Assembly (NCBI RefSeq): GCF_963921235.1
Contig: NC_086097.1
Location: 131,070,001-131,134,000, forward strand
Direction: 5' to 3'
Origin: Mobula hypostoma
Taxonomy: Eukaryota
Length of the DNA stretch: 64,000 bases
The notes under the pieces were generated by a model that saw nothing but the letters and a program-made list of their open reading frames with translations, ran no database searches and had not been told where the DNA came from. The position numbers and the translations under genes are program-made. Of this stretch, positions 1-12,039 are shown in pieces; the stretch's first letter is position 1; each line of letters starts with the position of its first letter.

Positions 1-48
1 AACAAATTTCACGACATATGCCGATATTAAACTTGATTCTAATTCTAT
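1..48 (+). mobile_element. 3' tail of a Rex1/Babar-type LINE or a dependent SINE
   Basis: aacaaatttcacgacatatgcc...aaacttgattct; the same tail ends the copies at ~8775, ~24585 and ~53425. Confidence 0.7.
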
Positions 49-54
49 TGTGTA

Positions 55-3000
55 TGCTTGCTACAAATTCACCACCCTCTGGCTAAAGAAATTCCTCATC
101 TGTTTTAAATGGATGCACCTCTATTCTGAGGCTGCGCCCTCTTGTCCAAGACTTCCACACCATGGGAAACATCCTTTCCACGTCTACTCTGTAAGAGCTT
201 TCACCATTTGAAAGGTTTCAATGATATCCCCCCCCCCCAATCCTTCTAAATTCCAGCAAGTACAGGCCCAGAGCCATCAAACATACCTCATATGATAACC
301 CTTTCATTCCCAGAATCATCCCTGTGAACCTCCTCTGAACCCTCTCCAATGCTAGCACATCTCTAAGATCAGGAGTCCAAAACTGTTCACAATACTCAAG
401 GTGATGCCTCTCCAGTGCCTTATAAGGCCTCAGCATCACATCCCTGCTCTTGTATTCCAGACCCCTTGATATGAATGCTAACATTGCATTTGCCTTCCTC
501 ACCACCGACCCCACCTGCAAGTTAACCTTTAGAGTGTTCTGCACAAGGACGCCCAAGTCCCTTTGCATCTCAGATTTTTGGATTTTCTCCCTACTTAGAA
601 AATAGTCTGTGCATTTATTTCTTCTACCAAAGTGCATGACTATGCATTTTCCAACATTGTATTTCATTTGCCACTTTGTTGCCCATTTTCCTAATCCATC
701 TAAGTCCTTCTGTAGCCTTCTTGCTTCCCCAACACACCAGCTGCCCCACCACCATTCTTCGTATCATCTGCAAACTTAGCAACAAAGCAGTCTATTCAAT
801 CATGCAAATCATTCATATACAGCATAAAAAGCAGTCCCAACACCGACCCCTGTAGAACACCACTAGTCACTGGCAGCCAACAAGAAAAAGATCATTTTAT
901 TCCCACTCGCTGCCTCCTACCAGTTTGCCAATGCTTTAACTGTGCTAGTAACTTTCCAGTTAAACCATGGGTTCTTAACTTGGTAAGCAGCCTCATATGT
1001 GGCACCTTGTCAAAAGCCTTCTGAAAATCCAAATATACAACATCCACTGCATCCCCTTTATCTATCCTATTTGTATCTCCTCAAAGAATTCCAACAGGTT
1101 CGTCAGGCAAAATTTTCCCTGAAGGAAACCATGCTGACGTTCTCGTATCTTGTCCTGTGTCACCAAGTACTCCATAACCTCATCCTTAACAATCGACTCC
1201 AACAACTTTCCAACCACTAAGGTCAGGCTAACTGGTCTATAATTTCTTTTCTGCTGTCTCCCTCCTTTCTTAAAGAGTGCAGTGACATTTGCAATTTTCC
1301 AGTCCTTCAGAATCATGCCAGATCTAATGATTTTTGAAAGATCATTACTAATACTTCCACAATCTCTACCTTTACCTCTTTCAGAACCCTAGGGTGCAAT
1401 TTATCTGGCTTGGGTGACTTATGCACCTTTAGGTCTTTCAGTATTTTGAGCACCTTCTCCCTTGTAATAGTAACTGCACCCACTTCCCTCCCTCACACCT
1501 GACACACTGCTAGTGTCTTCCACAGCGAAGACTGATGCAAAATACTCATTTAGTTCATCTGCTATCTCCTTGTCCCCTGTTATTATTTATCCAGCCTCAT
1601 TTTCTAGTGGGCCTATATCCAATTTCACCTCTTTTTTTATATATATACTTGAAAAAGCTTTTTCTATCCACCTTGATATTGTTTACTAGCTTGTTTTCAT
1701 ATTTCATCTTTTCTCTCCTAATGATACTTTTAGTTGCTCTCTGTAGGTTTTTAAAAGCTTGCCAATCCTCTGTCTTCCCACTAATTTTTGCTTTGTTGTA
1801 TTCCCTCTCTTTGGCTTTTCCATTAGCTTTGACTTCCCGCGTCAGCCACAGTTGTACTATTTTGTCATTTGTTTTTGGAATAAATCTATCCTGTACCTTT
1901 TTCATTTTTTCCCAGGAACTCAAGCAATTACTGCTCTGCTGTCATCCCTGCCTACATCTCCTTCCAATTTATTTTGGCCAACTCTCACCTCTCATACCAC
2001 TATAATTTCCTTTACTCCACTGAAATACTACTACATCAGACCATATTTTCTCCCTATCAAATTTTAAGCTGAACTCAATCATATTGTGATCACTGCCCCT
2101 AAAGGGTTCCTTTACCTTAAGATCCCTAATCTCCTCCAGTTCATTACATAACACCAAATCCAGTAGAGCTGATCCCCTAATAAGCTCAACGACAAACTGC
2201 TTTAAAAAGCCATCTTGTAGGCATTGACAACAAATTCACTCTCTTGCGACCCATTAGCAGCCTGATTTTCCCAATCTACCTGCATGTTAAAATCTCCCCT
2301 ATCATAACATTGTCTTCTGACACGCTTTTTCTGTTTCCCATTGTAATCTATGGACCACATCCCAGCTACTGTTAGGAGGCCCGCATATAACTGCCATCAG
2401 GGTCCTTTTACTCTTGTAGTTTCTTAACTCAACCCACGGAGATTCAACATCTTCCTTGTGATTTGATGTCATTCTTTAGCAGCAGAGCCATGCTACTCTC
2501 TCTGCCTACCTTCTTATCCCTCCAATGCAATGGACGTTCAGCTCCCAACTACAACCATCTTTCAGCCACGATTCAGTGATGGCCACATATCTGACAATCT
2601 GTAGAAGTGCAACAAGATCATCCAACTTATTTCTTATACTTTGTGCATTGAGATATAACACTGAGTGCTGTATTTGCTACCCTTTTTGATTTTGCATTCC
2701 GAATGCACTGATACTCATGCTGCTGGCTCCAATATCATCTGCCTGCACGTCCTGACAGTCTGACTGCATGCTATCTTTGCTTTTTTGCAATCCATCCTAT
2801 CATGAGTCCCTTCACTCTGGTTCCCAAAGCCCTGCCAAATTAGTTTAAACCCTCCCCAACAGCTCCAACAAAGCTGCCTGTGAGAATATTGGTCCCCCTC
2901 CGGTTCAGGTGCAACCTGTCCCTTTTGTACAGGTCATACCACCCCCAGAAGAGGTCCCAATGATCCAAGAACCTGATGCCTTGCCCCCTGCACCAGCTTC

Positions 3001-3645
3001 TCAGCCACGTATTAATCAGCCAGATCATCCTGTTTCTACCATCACTGGCACATGGAACTGGCAGAATCGAGAAATGACTAACCTGGAGGTCCTGCTTCTC
3101 AGTTTTCTGCCTAACTCTCTAAATTCTCTCTTCATGACCTATTTGCTTTTTCTTCCTGTCATTGGTACCAATACGTACCAAGACATCTGGCTGCTCTCCC
3201 TTCTCCTCCAAAATGCTGTGGGCGCGATCCGAGATGTCCCTGACACTAGCACCTGGGAGGCAACATACCATTCAGATGTCTATGTCATGTCCACAGAATC
3301 TCCTGTCTGTTCCTCTGATGATTGAGGTCCCTATCACTACCACTCCCTCTTCTCTTCCTTTCCCTTCTGCACTACAGATCCACGCTCAGAGCCAGTATCC
3401 TGGTAACCGTGGTATTTCCCTGGGAGGTTATCCCCCACAAATGTACCCAAACCAGTATACTCACTGAGGGGAATGGCCACAAGGATGCTCTGCTCTAACT
3501 GCCTATTCATCGTCCCATTCCTTCAGTCACCTGGCTACCTGCCTCCTGCAACTTGCGGGTAACTACTTCCCTGTAACTCCAATCAATGATCTCCTCACTC
3601 TCCCTTACAAGCCAAAGGTCATCCAGCTGCTGCTCCAGATCACTA
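55..3645 (-). mobile_element. Near full-length decayed CR1 LINE (ORF1 esterase + ORF2 APE/RT)
   Basis: ORF1 SGNH-like WCRGQGIRFLDHWDLFWG...LHLN (2840-3028); endonuclease SDHNMIEF; RT NYRPVSLT and QHGF...CLTNLLEFFE; C-terminal LEYCEQFW...LERVQRRFT. Many stops and frameshifts. Confidence 0.95.
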
Positions 3646-4494
3646 AATTTCATGCTTAAAACTTATACAATGAGAAAGGATAGATACCTACAAATACAGT
3701 TTTAAACCGTACCGCTTGAACTTTTAATGTCATTGAAAAAAAAACAGAAAAAGTGTATTAATTTTCACAAATTGATCACAAAAACGAGGAAATGGTAAAG
3801 ATTGGTACAAAGAGAAAGAAAATGGCTTAACCCAAGCTAATACAAAATAATAAGAACAGTTAAAATACAATTTGTCCTGGAGTAATTCACAATTGTTTAA
3901 ATATAATTCAAGTTTCAAAAAGTAAACATTCCAGTCGAATAATACAGTATTCATTAACTGCTGTTCATCACTACTGGAGCATGAAAGTAAATTTAACAAG
4001 TGATGCAGTACATTAGTCAAGGCACTTAACAGTAACTCTAGTCAGCTTGCTCAATCCTACTTGTAAAAGACAAATCAGGCTGTCATTTTCAAAACAATGT
4101 ATCAACCAAGTACAACTGCCCAGATAATTAAAGCAGCACTGAATAAGAGAAATGCTTCAAATTCATTTTCAGTAATAATTCATATTAGCCTGTTAAGCTG
4201 TATCCTGTGATTTACAATGCTACATGCTGTGTAGACATATATTAGAGATACAATTGGACAGAAACTTAATGTCTATGCTTGCCAAGTAAAAGGTTATTTT
4301 TCCAGCCCTGAAAACATAAAACAATTTACAAACAAACATGAATCCATTTATCTCTCTCTCTTCAATTCTGTGTTCCTAATTTCTTGTTGTAAGTAATCAT
4401 TTGTGCTCTATAGTAGCTCTTCCCTCCAAGTGATTACCCTTAATTTGACCAGAACTACATTTTACTTTCAGAATTAATTTCCTTTGATTAAAGG

Positions 4495-4600
4495 TCAGAA
4501 TCAGAATCAGGTTTGTTATCACCGGCATGTGATGTGAAATTTATTAACTTAGCAGCAGCAGTTCAATGCAATACATAATCTAGCAGAAAGAAAAAAAAAT
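4495..4600 (-). mobile_element. Rex1/Babar-type 3' tail fragment
   Basis: (agaatc)n followed by ggtttgttatcaccggcatgtgatgtgaaattt, the reverse complement of the tail at 1-48. Confidence 0.7.
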
Positions 4601-4969
4601 AATAGTTGACAAATGTTCATTCATTTACAACATCTGGAACTTAACTTCATTTGTAGGGTAAATGTACAGTCCTGGAAAAACTACAAAAAAGGTCTTGGAG
4701 ATGAAGTACAAAAAGGCTTTATAATATTTTCAACTGATGTGGAAGTAAGTTTTTTTACTAAACGTAAGCAGTTCCAAGTAATTATAAAATATTATTATAT
4801 ATTCCCTTTTATACTGCAGTACAAGTTTTCAACAGGGCACAATAAATAACCACTTACAGCAACTATATAAATTCTCAAACATGATACAGCCTGAACTCAA
4901 TTGGAGAACAAAACCAAAGTGGCTAGGATTTTGGGGTAATTTACCAACTGCAATATTTGGTTAGATGGA

Positions 4970-5440
4970 AAAAATGCTGAGGGTAAGATGTAAATAACTC
5001 CAACAGAAATCTTTTTGTGGGTAGATTGAGTGAGCTTGGGCCTCTCTCTTTGGAACGGAGGAGGATGAAAGTAAATTGGTAGAGATACAAGAGGCATAGA
5101 TTGAGTAGATAGCCAGAGACCATTCCCCAGGGCAGAAATGGCCAACACAAGCAGGCCTATTCTTAAAGTGATTGGAGGAAAGTATTGGTGGGAAGGGGTC
5201 AGCCAAGAGATAGCAGAGGTATTTTTTTGTTAACTGAGTGATGCATGGAATGCCCTGCCAGAGATGGTGGTAGAGACACATACATTAGGAACATTTAAGA
5301 AACTTAGATAGCACATTGGTGATACAAAAATGCAGGGCTATGTAAGAGGGAAGGCTTAGATTCATCTTAGAGTAGTTTAAAAGGTCAGCACGGTATCACG
5401 GGCTAAAAGCTTGTACTGTGCAGAAATAGTCTATGCTGTA
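4970..5440 (+). mobile_element. CR1 3' fragment
   Basis: ttggaacggaggaggatga...tggaatgccctgcca... matches the CR1 ORF2 C-terminus and 3' UTR seen in other copies. Confidence 0.8.
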
Positions 5441-7239
5441 TGTAAATCAATTTGGTTTGTGAGAAAGATTACAACTCAATTTGTATCCTATCCATTAATA
5501 TCCTAAACACTTTGCCAAAAAAGTTTACAACTCTCCCCACTCATATTCTAGCATTTTATTTACATTTCCTTTTGCATTTCAGATACAAACTGACCATACA
5601 AGTTACTATTTATGCTTACTGGAATCCTCAAAACAAAACCAAGGAGTAGTTTGAGGGATAGCACACTCACGCGTAAGAAGTTTCCAGATTCAGATTGAAG
5701 CTGCTGTTTCAGAGTTATTTTGTTTATGTCATTGTGCTCTGGATGAATCTTTAAACACTGCCTGCCCTCTCAGATCAAATAAGAGAGCCTGTAATACCAT
5801 GTAAGATCGTAGCAGAGTCACCCAGTGTCCTAATTTTCCCATAGTACTATAAAAAGATTGAGATCTCATTTAAGTGTAGGTAGGATATTCCAGTATGCAA
5901 AAATAGCATTCTGTATTTCACTGAGACAAATGGTTAAACTTATAAATTAGCTCTAACAGAGCTTGAACTACTCCAAAAGGCACCATGCAAGTGTAAGACT
6001 TCTTTGTTCCTCTCTATCTGGACTCATTTCTCTATCTGGACTCATTTCCAAGACTGGGCAAAAAAATTACCCAGCAATATCAAAAACAAAAAAAAATTAA
6101 AATGCCAGCATGGTCAACTACCCAATGCATCCAAATCTGCCTCTGACATTAGAAAATTTTACATTTCTTTCTACAATTATTAATTTATTACCACAGTGAA
6201 ATCTTGGACCACAGCTATACAAAACATTGCTGTACTGCTATAAATGTACTAATGAAGAAACTTTATTCCAGACGGAATTGCTGTTTCACTATTCAATTTC
6301 TTTTCACCAATTCTATCTTTGTGCTGTAAGCATATTATAGCAGGCAGTTAACTTTGCCCCAAGGACATTTTCCATTCTTCAAAGCTAGCGTGGGCCGAGT
6401 GAAATATTTTCAAGTTTATACAGGTGATATTAAATTTCTCTACTCTAAGCTCAAAGAGTATATTCAAGTGCATGATGAACAGACTGCTATACAAGTCAAT
6501 AGCAATGTTAGCTCTGGGAACCGCAACCTGTTCTTCTTTTTAAAAATATATTCTTAGCACATTCTTGTCATCCCCCAACAATTATAAACATGCACTTCTT
6601 GAGACATTCAACACCTCAGGTGCATTTACCAATTTTTGGTGCATTCCCATTATTGTTCCAAACAAATTCAATTCAGGCAACAAACCATTACTTGAGACCT
6701 AAAGTCATACTAAAAGCAGCACCAACAGGCAAGATTAATTTTCAGTGATCAAAAACTTGTAGCTTCCTCCTGCAAGGCCACACATGCTTACTTTGGTGTA
6801 CATTTAAAGATTTGCCAAAGCACAAACCTATTCTTGAATTGGATTTTATATCTTCTTGGAAGCTCTAGCCATGGCTCTTAAACAATCAGACAGTTCTTCC
6901 AAGACAGGGTAGAAGATCTAACCATTCCAGTTGAGTATCCAGGGACTTCATCCATCACTGGATGTGCCAGTTTATTCTGAACTAAAGTTAGAACTACTAC
7001 TGCTTCAACTTGTGATTTGCCATATTGTAAAAAAAAATCTGAAAATAAGTGGATTTTTTTCACAATAGCAAAGAAATGGCAACATTTGTTTCACAATCAC
7101 AGTACTAAACATCTGTGGACTAAATACCTGGTATACTGGCAGAGACCAAGGACCACAGCACCAAAGGTGACAACCATGAAGATATTGTCAACAGAAGCAA
7201 GGAGCGCTTATAGGATTGCTTTGAACCAGCGGGCTGGAT

Positions 7240-8778
7240 AATATTCAGGGATTCACCTTTGGATCTGAATGAATGTGATAGAGTTGCATTGACCTGTGTG
7301 GAAAACGGCGATGTATCTAAACCAGAAGCTATGGATGAACCATTAGATTCACACTCAGCTAAGGACTTGATCTGTGATGCTTCGCTCTTGATGAGCTGAA
7401 CACATTTCAGTGCATGCTTTGAAAGAAAGAGTAAAACTATACCTGTGCGAATTCCTGCAGCTTGTTGACCTTGTCTCAGATGCCAACGTAAGAATATCTT
7501 TCAAGAGGGTGAACCCTCACAAAAAGGCATTAGTTATCCCATTACCCAAGAGTGAAGTGAGCTGCCTCAACAACTATCATCCGGAAGCAGTCACATCAAC
7601 TGCGATGAAGTGCTTTGGGAGGTTGGTCATGGCTGGAATTAACTTACCAACCACAATAGGTCATCAGCGGATGCAATTTCACCGTCTCTCTACTCAGCCC
7701 CGTATCACCTGGACAACATTAATACCTACGTCAGGCTGCTGTTTATTGATTACAACTCAGTGGGGGTCAATACTACGATCCCTTCAGTACGAATGAACAT
7801 GTTTCAGAACCGGGGCCTGTGTACCTCTCTTTGCAAATGGATCCTTCACATCCTCCTCAGAAGACCAGTCAGTGTGCATCAGAAATAACATCTTCTCCTC
7901 GCTGATTATCAACACAGGTGCACCTCAAGGGAGGCATGCTTATCCCACTGCTCTACTCTCTCTCTACACTCATGACTGTGACTAGGCACAGCTCAAATAC
8001 TATCAATAAATTCAGCAACGACACAACTATTGTTGGTAGAATCTCAGAAAGTGACAAGCAGGTGTACGGAAATGAGATAGATAGATCCTCTAGTTGAGTG
8101 GTGGCTTAACAACAATATTGCACTCAACGTCAATGAGACCAAGGAATTGATTGTGGACTTCAGGGGGGTCAGCAGTGGAAAGGATGAGCAGCTTCAGGTT
8201 CCTGGGTGTCAACACATCTGAAAATCTATCCTGGGCCCAACATATTGATGCAATTACAAAGCAGGCTATATTTCATTAGCAGTTAAAGGAAATTCGGTGT
8301 GTCTCCAAGGACTAGTGAATTTCTACAGATGTACTGTGGACAGCATTCTAACTGGTTGCATCAGATCTGGTATGGAGGCTCCACTGCAGAGAATCAAAAA
8401 AAAACAGCAGATTGTTATACACCTACCCAGCTCCATCATGGGTAACAGCCTCCCCACCAGAGGACATAGTCAAAAGGTAATGCCTCAAAAAGGAGACATC
8501 TATTATTAAGGACCCTCACCACCTCAGACATGCCTTCTTCTCATTTCTACCATCAATGAGGTACAGGAGTCCAAAGACACATTCAAGGTTTTAGGAACAG
8601 CTTCTTCCTCTCCACCTTCAGATTTCTGAACAATCCACGAACACCATTTCACTATTTTCCCCTCTTCTGCACTTTATATATTTTTTATTGTAATTTACAG
8701 TTTTTTTTATGTATTGCACTATACTGCTGCAAAGCAAATTTCACAACATGTCAGTGATAATAAACCTGATTCTGAATC
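7240..8778 (+). mobile_element. Decayed Rex1/Babar LINE (RT + 3' tail)
   Basis: IPLPKSEVSCLNNYHPEAVTSTAMKCFGRLVMA and FYRCTVDSILTGCI; ends taaacctgattctga. Confidence 0.9.
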
Positions 8779-8924
8779 AAATTCTAATTTTGATTAAGGT
8801 TTTGGGCAAGAGAATAATTCAAAAGCCTAAATTTCATTAATACTAAAATTATTAGATAAATGATGAAACTAACTTGAACACTCAATTTAAGATGTAAAAA
8901 AAAACTCTGAAAATACTTGATTCT

Positions 8925-9110
8925 GTAATGCTGGAAATCTTGAGCAACATACACAAAATGCCATAGGAACTCTAAATTAGGCAGCATCTATAGGGGAGGA
9001 TAAACAATCAACATTTCAGGCCGAGACACTTCATCAGGTGTTAAGAGTGCTGAAGGGTCTCAGTCCAAAATGTTGACTTTTTATTCCCCTCCATAGATGC
9101 TGCCTCGCAC
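8925..9110. mobile_element. Palindromic element made of two inverted Penelope-like terminal segments, with hammerhead motif
   Basis: gcagcatctata...ccgagacacttca (8981-9033) is an imperfect inverted repeat of tgaagggtctc...atagatgctgc (9051-9103). Confidence 0.7.
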
Positions 9111-9207
9111 AGTGCATCACTTATGTTTTAAACAGAGTTAAATTCAATTTGCCATCTTTTTACCCATTATTACTGTTGATCAAGTTCTTGCTGTCACTAG
9201 ACAACCT

Positions 9208-11620
9208 TATTGGTAAGGGTGCTGAGGAAGAGGATTTCTTGGAATATATGCGGAATGGTTTTTTTGAACCAACTGGAGAGCAGGCTACTTTAGACTGGTT
9301 ATTGAGCAATGAGGAAGGGTTAATTAGCAATCTCATCGTGAGAGGCCCCTTGGGTAAGAGTGACCATAATATGGTGGAATTCTTCATTAAGATGGAGAGT
9401 TACATAGTTAATTCAGAAACAAAGGTTCTGAACTTAAAGAAGGGTAACTTTGAAGGTATGAGACATGAATTAGCTAAGATAGACTGGCAAATGACACAAA
9501 GGGTTGACGGTGGATATGCAATGGCAAGCATTCAAAGATCGCATGGATGAACTACAACAATTGTTCATCCCAGTTTGGCAAAAGAATAAATCAGGGAAGG
9601 TAGTGCACCCGTGGCTGACAAGGGAAATTAGGGATAGTATCAATTCCAAAGAAGAAGCATACAAATTAGCCAGAAAAAGTGGCTCACCTGAGGTCTGGGA
9701 GAAATTCAGAGTCCAGCAGAGGAGGACAAAGGGCTTAATTAGGAAAGGGAAAAAAGATTGCGAGAAAACTGGCAGGGAACATAAAAACTGACTATAAAAG
9801 CTTTTATAGATATGTGAAAAGAAAAAGATTGGTTAAGACAAATGTAGGTCCCCTATAGACAGAAACAGGTGAATTGATTATGGGGAACAAGGACATGGCA
9901 GACCAATTGAATAACTACTTTGGTTCTGTCTTCACTGAGGACATAAATAATCTTCCGGAAATAGTAGGGGACAGAGGGTCCAGTGAGATGGAGGAACTGA
10001 GGGAAATACATGTTAGTAGGGAAGTGGTGTTAGGTAAATTGAAGGGATTAAAGGCAGACAAATCCCCAGGGCCAGATGGTCTGCATCCCAGAGTGCTTAA
10101 GGGTAGCCCAAGAAATAGTGGATGCATTAGTGATAATTTTTCAAAACTCATTAGATTCTGGACTAGTTCCTGAGGATTGGAGAGTGGCTAATGTAACCCC
10201 ACTTTTTAAAAAAGGGAGAGAGAAACGAGGGAATTATAGACCAGTTAGCCTGACATCGGTGGTGGGGAAAATGCTCGAGTCAGTTATCAAAGATGTGATA
10301 ACAGCACATTTGGAAAGCGGTGAAATCATCGGACAAAGTCAGCATGGATTTGTGAAAGGAAAATCATGTCTGACGAATCTCATAGAATTTTTTGAGGATG
10401 TAACTAGTAGAGTGGATAGGGGAGAACCAGTGGATGTGGTATATTTGGATTTTCAAAAGGCTTTTGACAAGGTCCCACACAGGAGATTAGTGTGCAAACT
10501 TAAAGCACACGGTATTGGGGGTATGGTATTGATGTGGATGGAGAATTGGTTGGCAGACAGGAAGCAAAGAGTGGGAATAAACTGGACCTTTTCAGAATGA
10601 CAGGCAGTGAGTAATGGGATACTGCAAGGCTCAGTGCTGGGACCCCAGTTGTTTACAATATATATTAATGACTTAGATAAGGGAATTAAATGCAGCATCT
10701 CCAAGATTGCGGATGACACGAAGCTGGGCGGCAGTGTTAGCTATGAGGAGGATGCTAAGAGAATGCAGGGTGACTTGGATAGGTTAGGTGAGTGGGTGAG
10801 TTCATGGCAGATGCAATTTAATGTGGATAAATGTGAGGTTATCCACTTTGGTGGCAAAAACAGGAAAACAGATTATTATTTGAAGGGTGGCTGATTAGGA
10901 AAAGGGGAACTGCAACAAGACCTGGGTGTCATTATACACCAGTCATTGAAAGTGGGCATGCAGGTACAGCAGGCGGTGAAAAAGGCGAATGGTATGCTGG
11001 TATTCATAGCAAGAGGATTCAAGTACAGGGAGCAGGGAGGTACTACTGCAGTTGTACAAGGCCTTGGTGAGACCACACCTGGAGTATTGTGTGCAGTTTT
11101 GGTCCCCTAATCTGAGGAAAGACATCCTTGCCATAGAGGCAGTACAAAGAAGGTTCACCAGATTGATTCCTGGGATGAAAGACTGGATTGACTAGGCTTA
11201 TACTCGTTGGAATTTAGAAGATTGAGGGGGGGATCTTATTGAAACGTATAAAATCCTAAAGGGATTGGACAGGCTAGATGCAGGAAGATTGTTCCCGATG
11301 TTGGGGAAGTCCAGAACGAGGGGTCATAGTTTGAGGATAAAGGGGAACCCTTTTAGGACCAAGATGAGGAAAAACTTCTTCACACAGAGAGTGGTGAATC
11401 TGTGGAATTCTCTGCCACAGGAAACAGTTGAGGCCAGTTCATTAGCAATATTAAGAGGTTGTTAGATATGGCCCTTGTGGCTAAAGGGATCAGCGGGTAT
11501 GGAGGGAACGCTGGTACAGGGTTCTGAGTTGGATGATCAGCCATGATCATACTGAATGGCAGTGCAGGCTCGAAGAGCCGAATGGCCTACTCCTGCACCT
11601 ATTTTCTATGTTTCTATGTT
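9208..11620 (+). mobile_element. 5'-truncated, relatively young CR1 LINE ORF2, nested in an older antisense CR1 remnant (~9150-9210 and ~11620-11790)
   Basis: Long well-preserved frames: GKSDHNMVEF, KSPGPDGLHPRVLK, YLDFQKAFDKVPH, IADDTKLGG; tail (tttctatg)n. Confidence 0.95.
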
Positions 11621-12039
11621 TATCATACCATCAATTTCAGTGTCAACTGCAAACTGACTAACTGTGCCATCCACATTCTCTCCAAATCATTAATATGTCA
11701 AACAGCAAGGAAAACACAGATCCCTATGGCACTCCAGTGGTCACAGGCCTCAAATCCAAAAATCCCTCTGCCACTACACCGACTCCTTCTCCAAATCTTA
11801 TTTTGTATCCAGAGGGGAAAAAGCCAAGGAGGGCCCAAGAGGAAATTAAGAAAACTGTACAGTACAGAAAGAGTGAACAGCCTGGGACAAAGATCTTTCC
11901 CCAAAAAAACAGAGGTGAAGGCAACAGAAGAACTTAACATCCGTTTCAACTTAAAATTCAAACTCGTGACATGAGCTAACTAAATCTAGAACCTCTTCAG
12001 AAATTATCAGAGGGGAAGATCAAAAAGAATACTGAACAA

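Noticed and set aside
5660..5760. Possible ATP9B exon 2 (minus strand ...WKLLT|gtgagt)
   Set aside because: Wrong phase, an in-frame stop just upstream, and no DEMPLMMSEE-like sequence.
6013..6048. 18-bp tandem duplication (also a 17-bp one at 28092-28124)
   Set aside because: Ordinary slippage or repair duplications with no further structure.
9208..11620. Active autonomous CR1
   Set aside because: 5'-truncated, with several frameshifts and an in-frame stop at ~10598.
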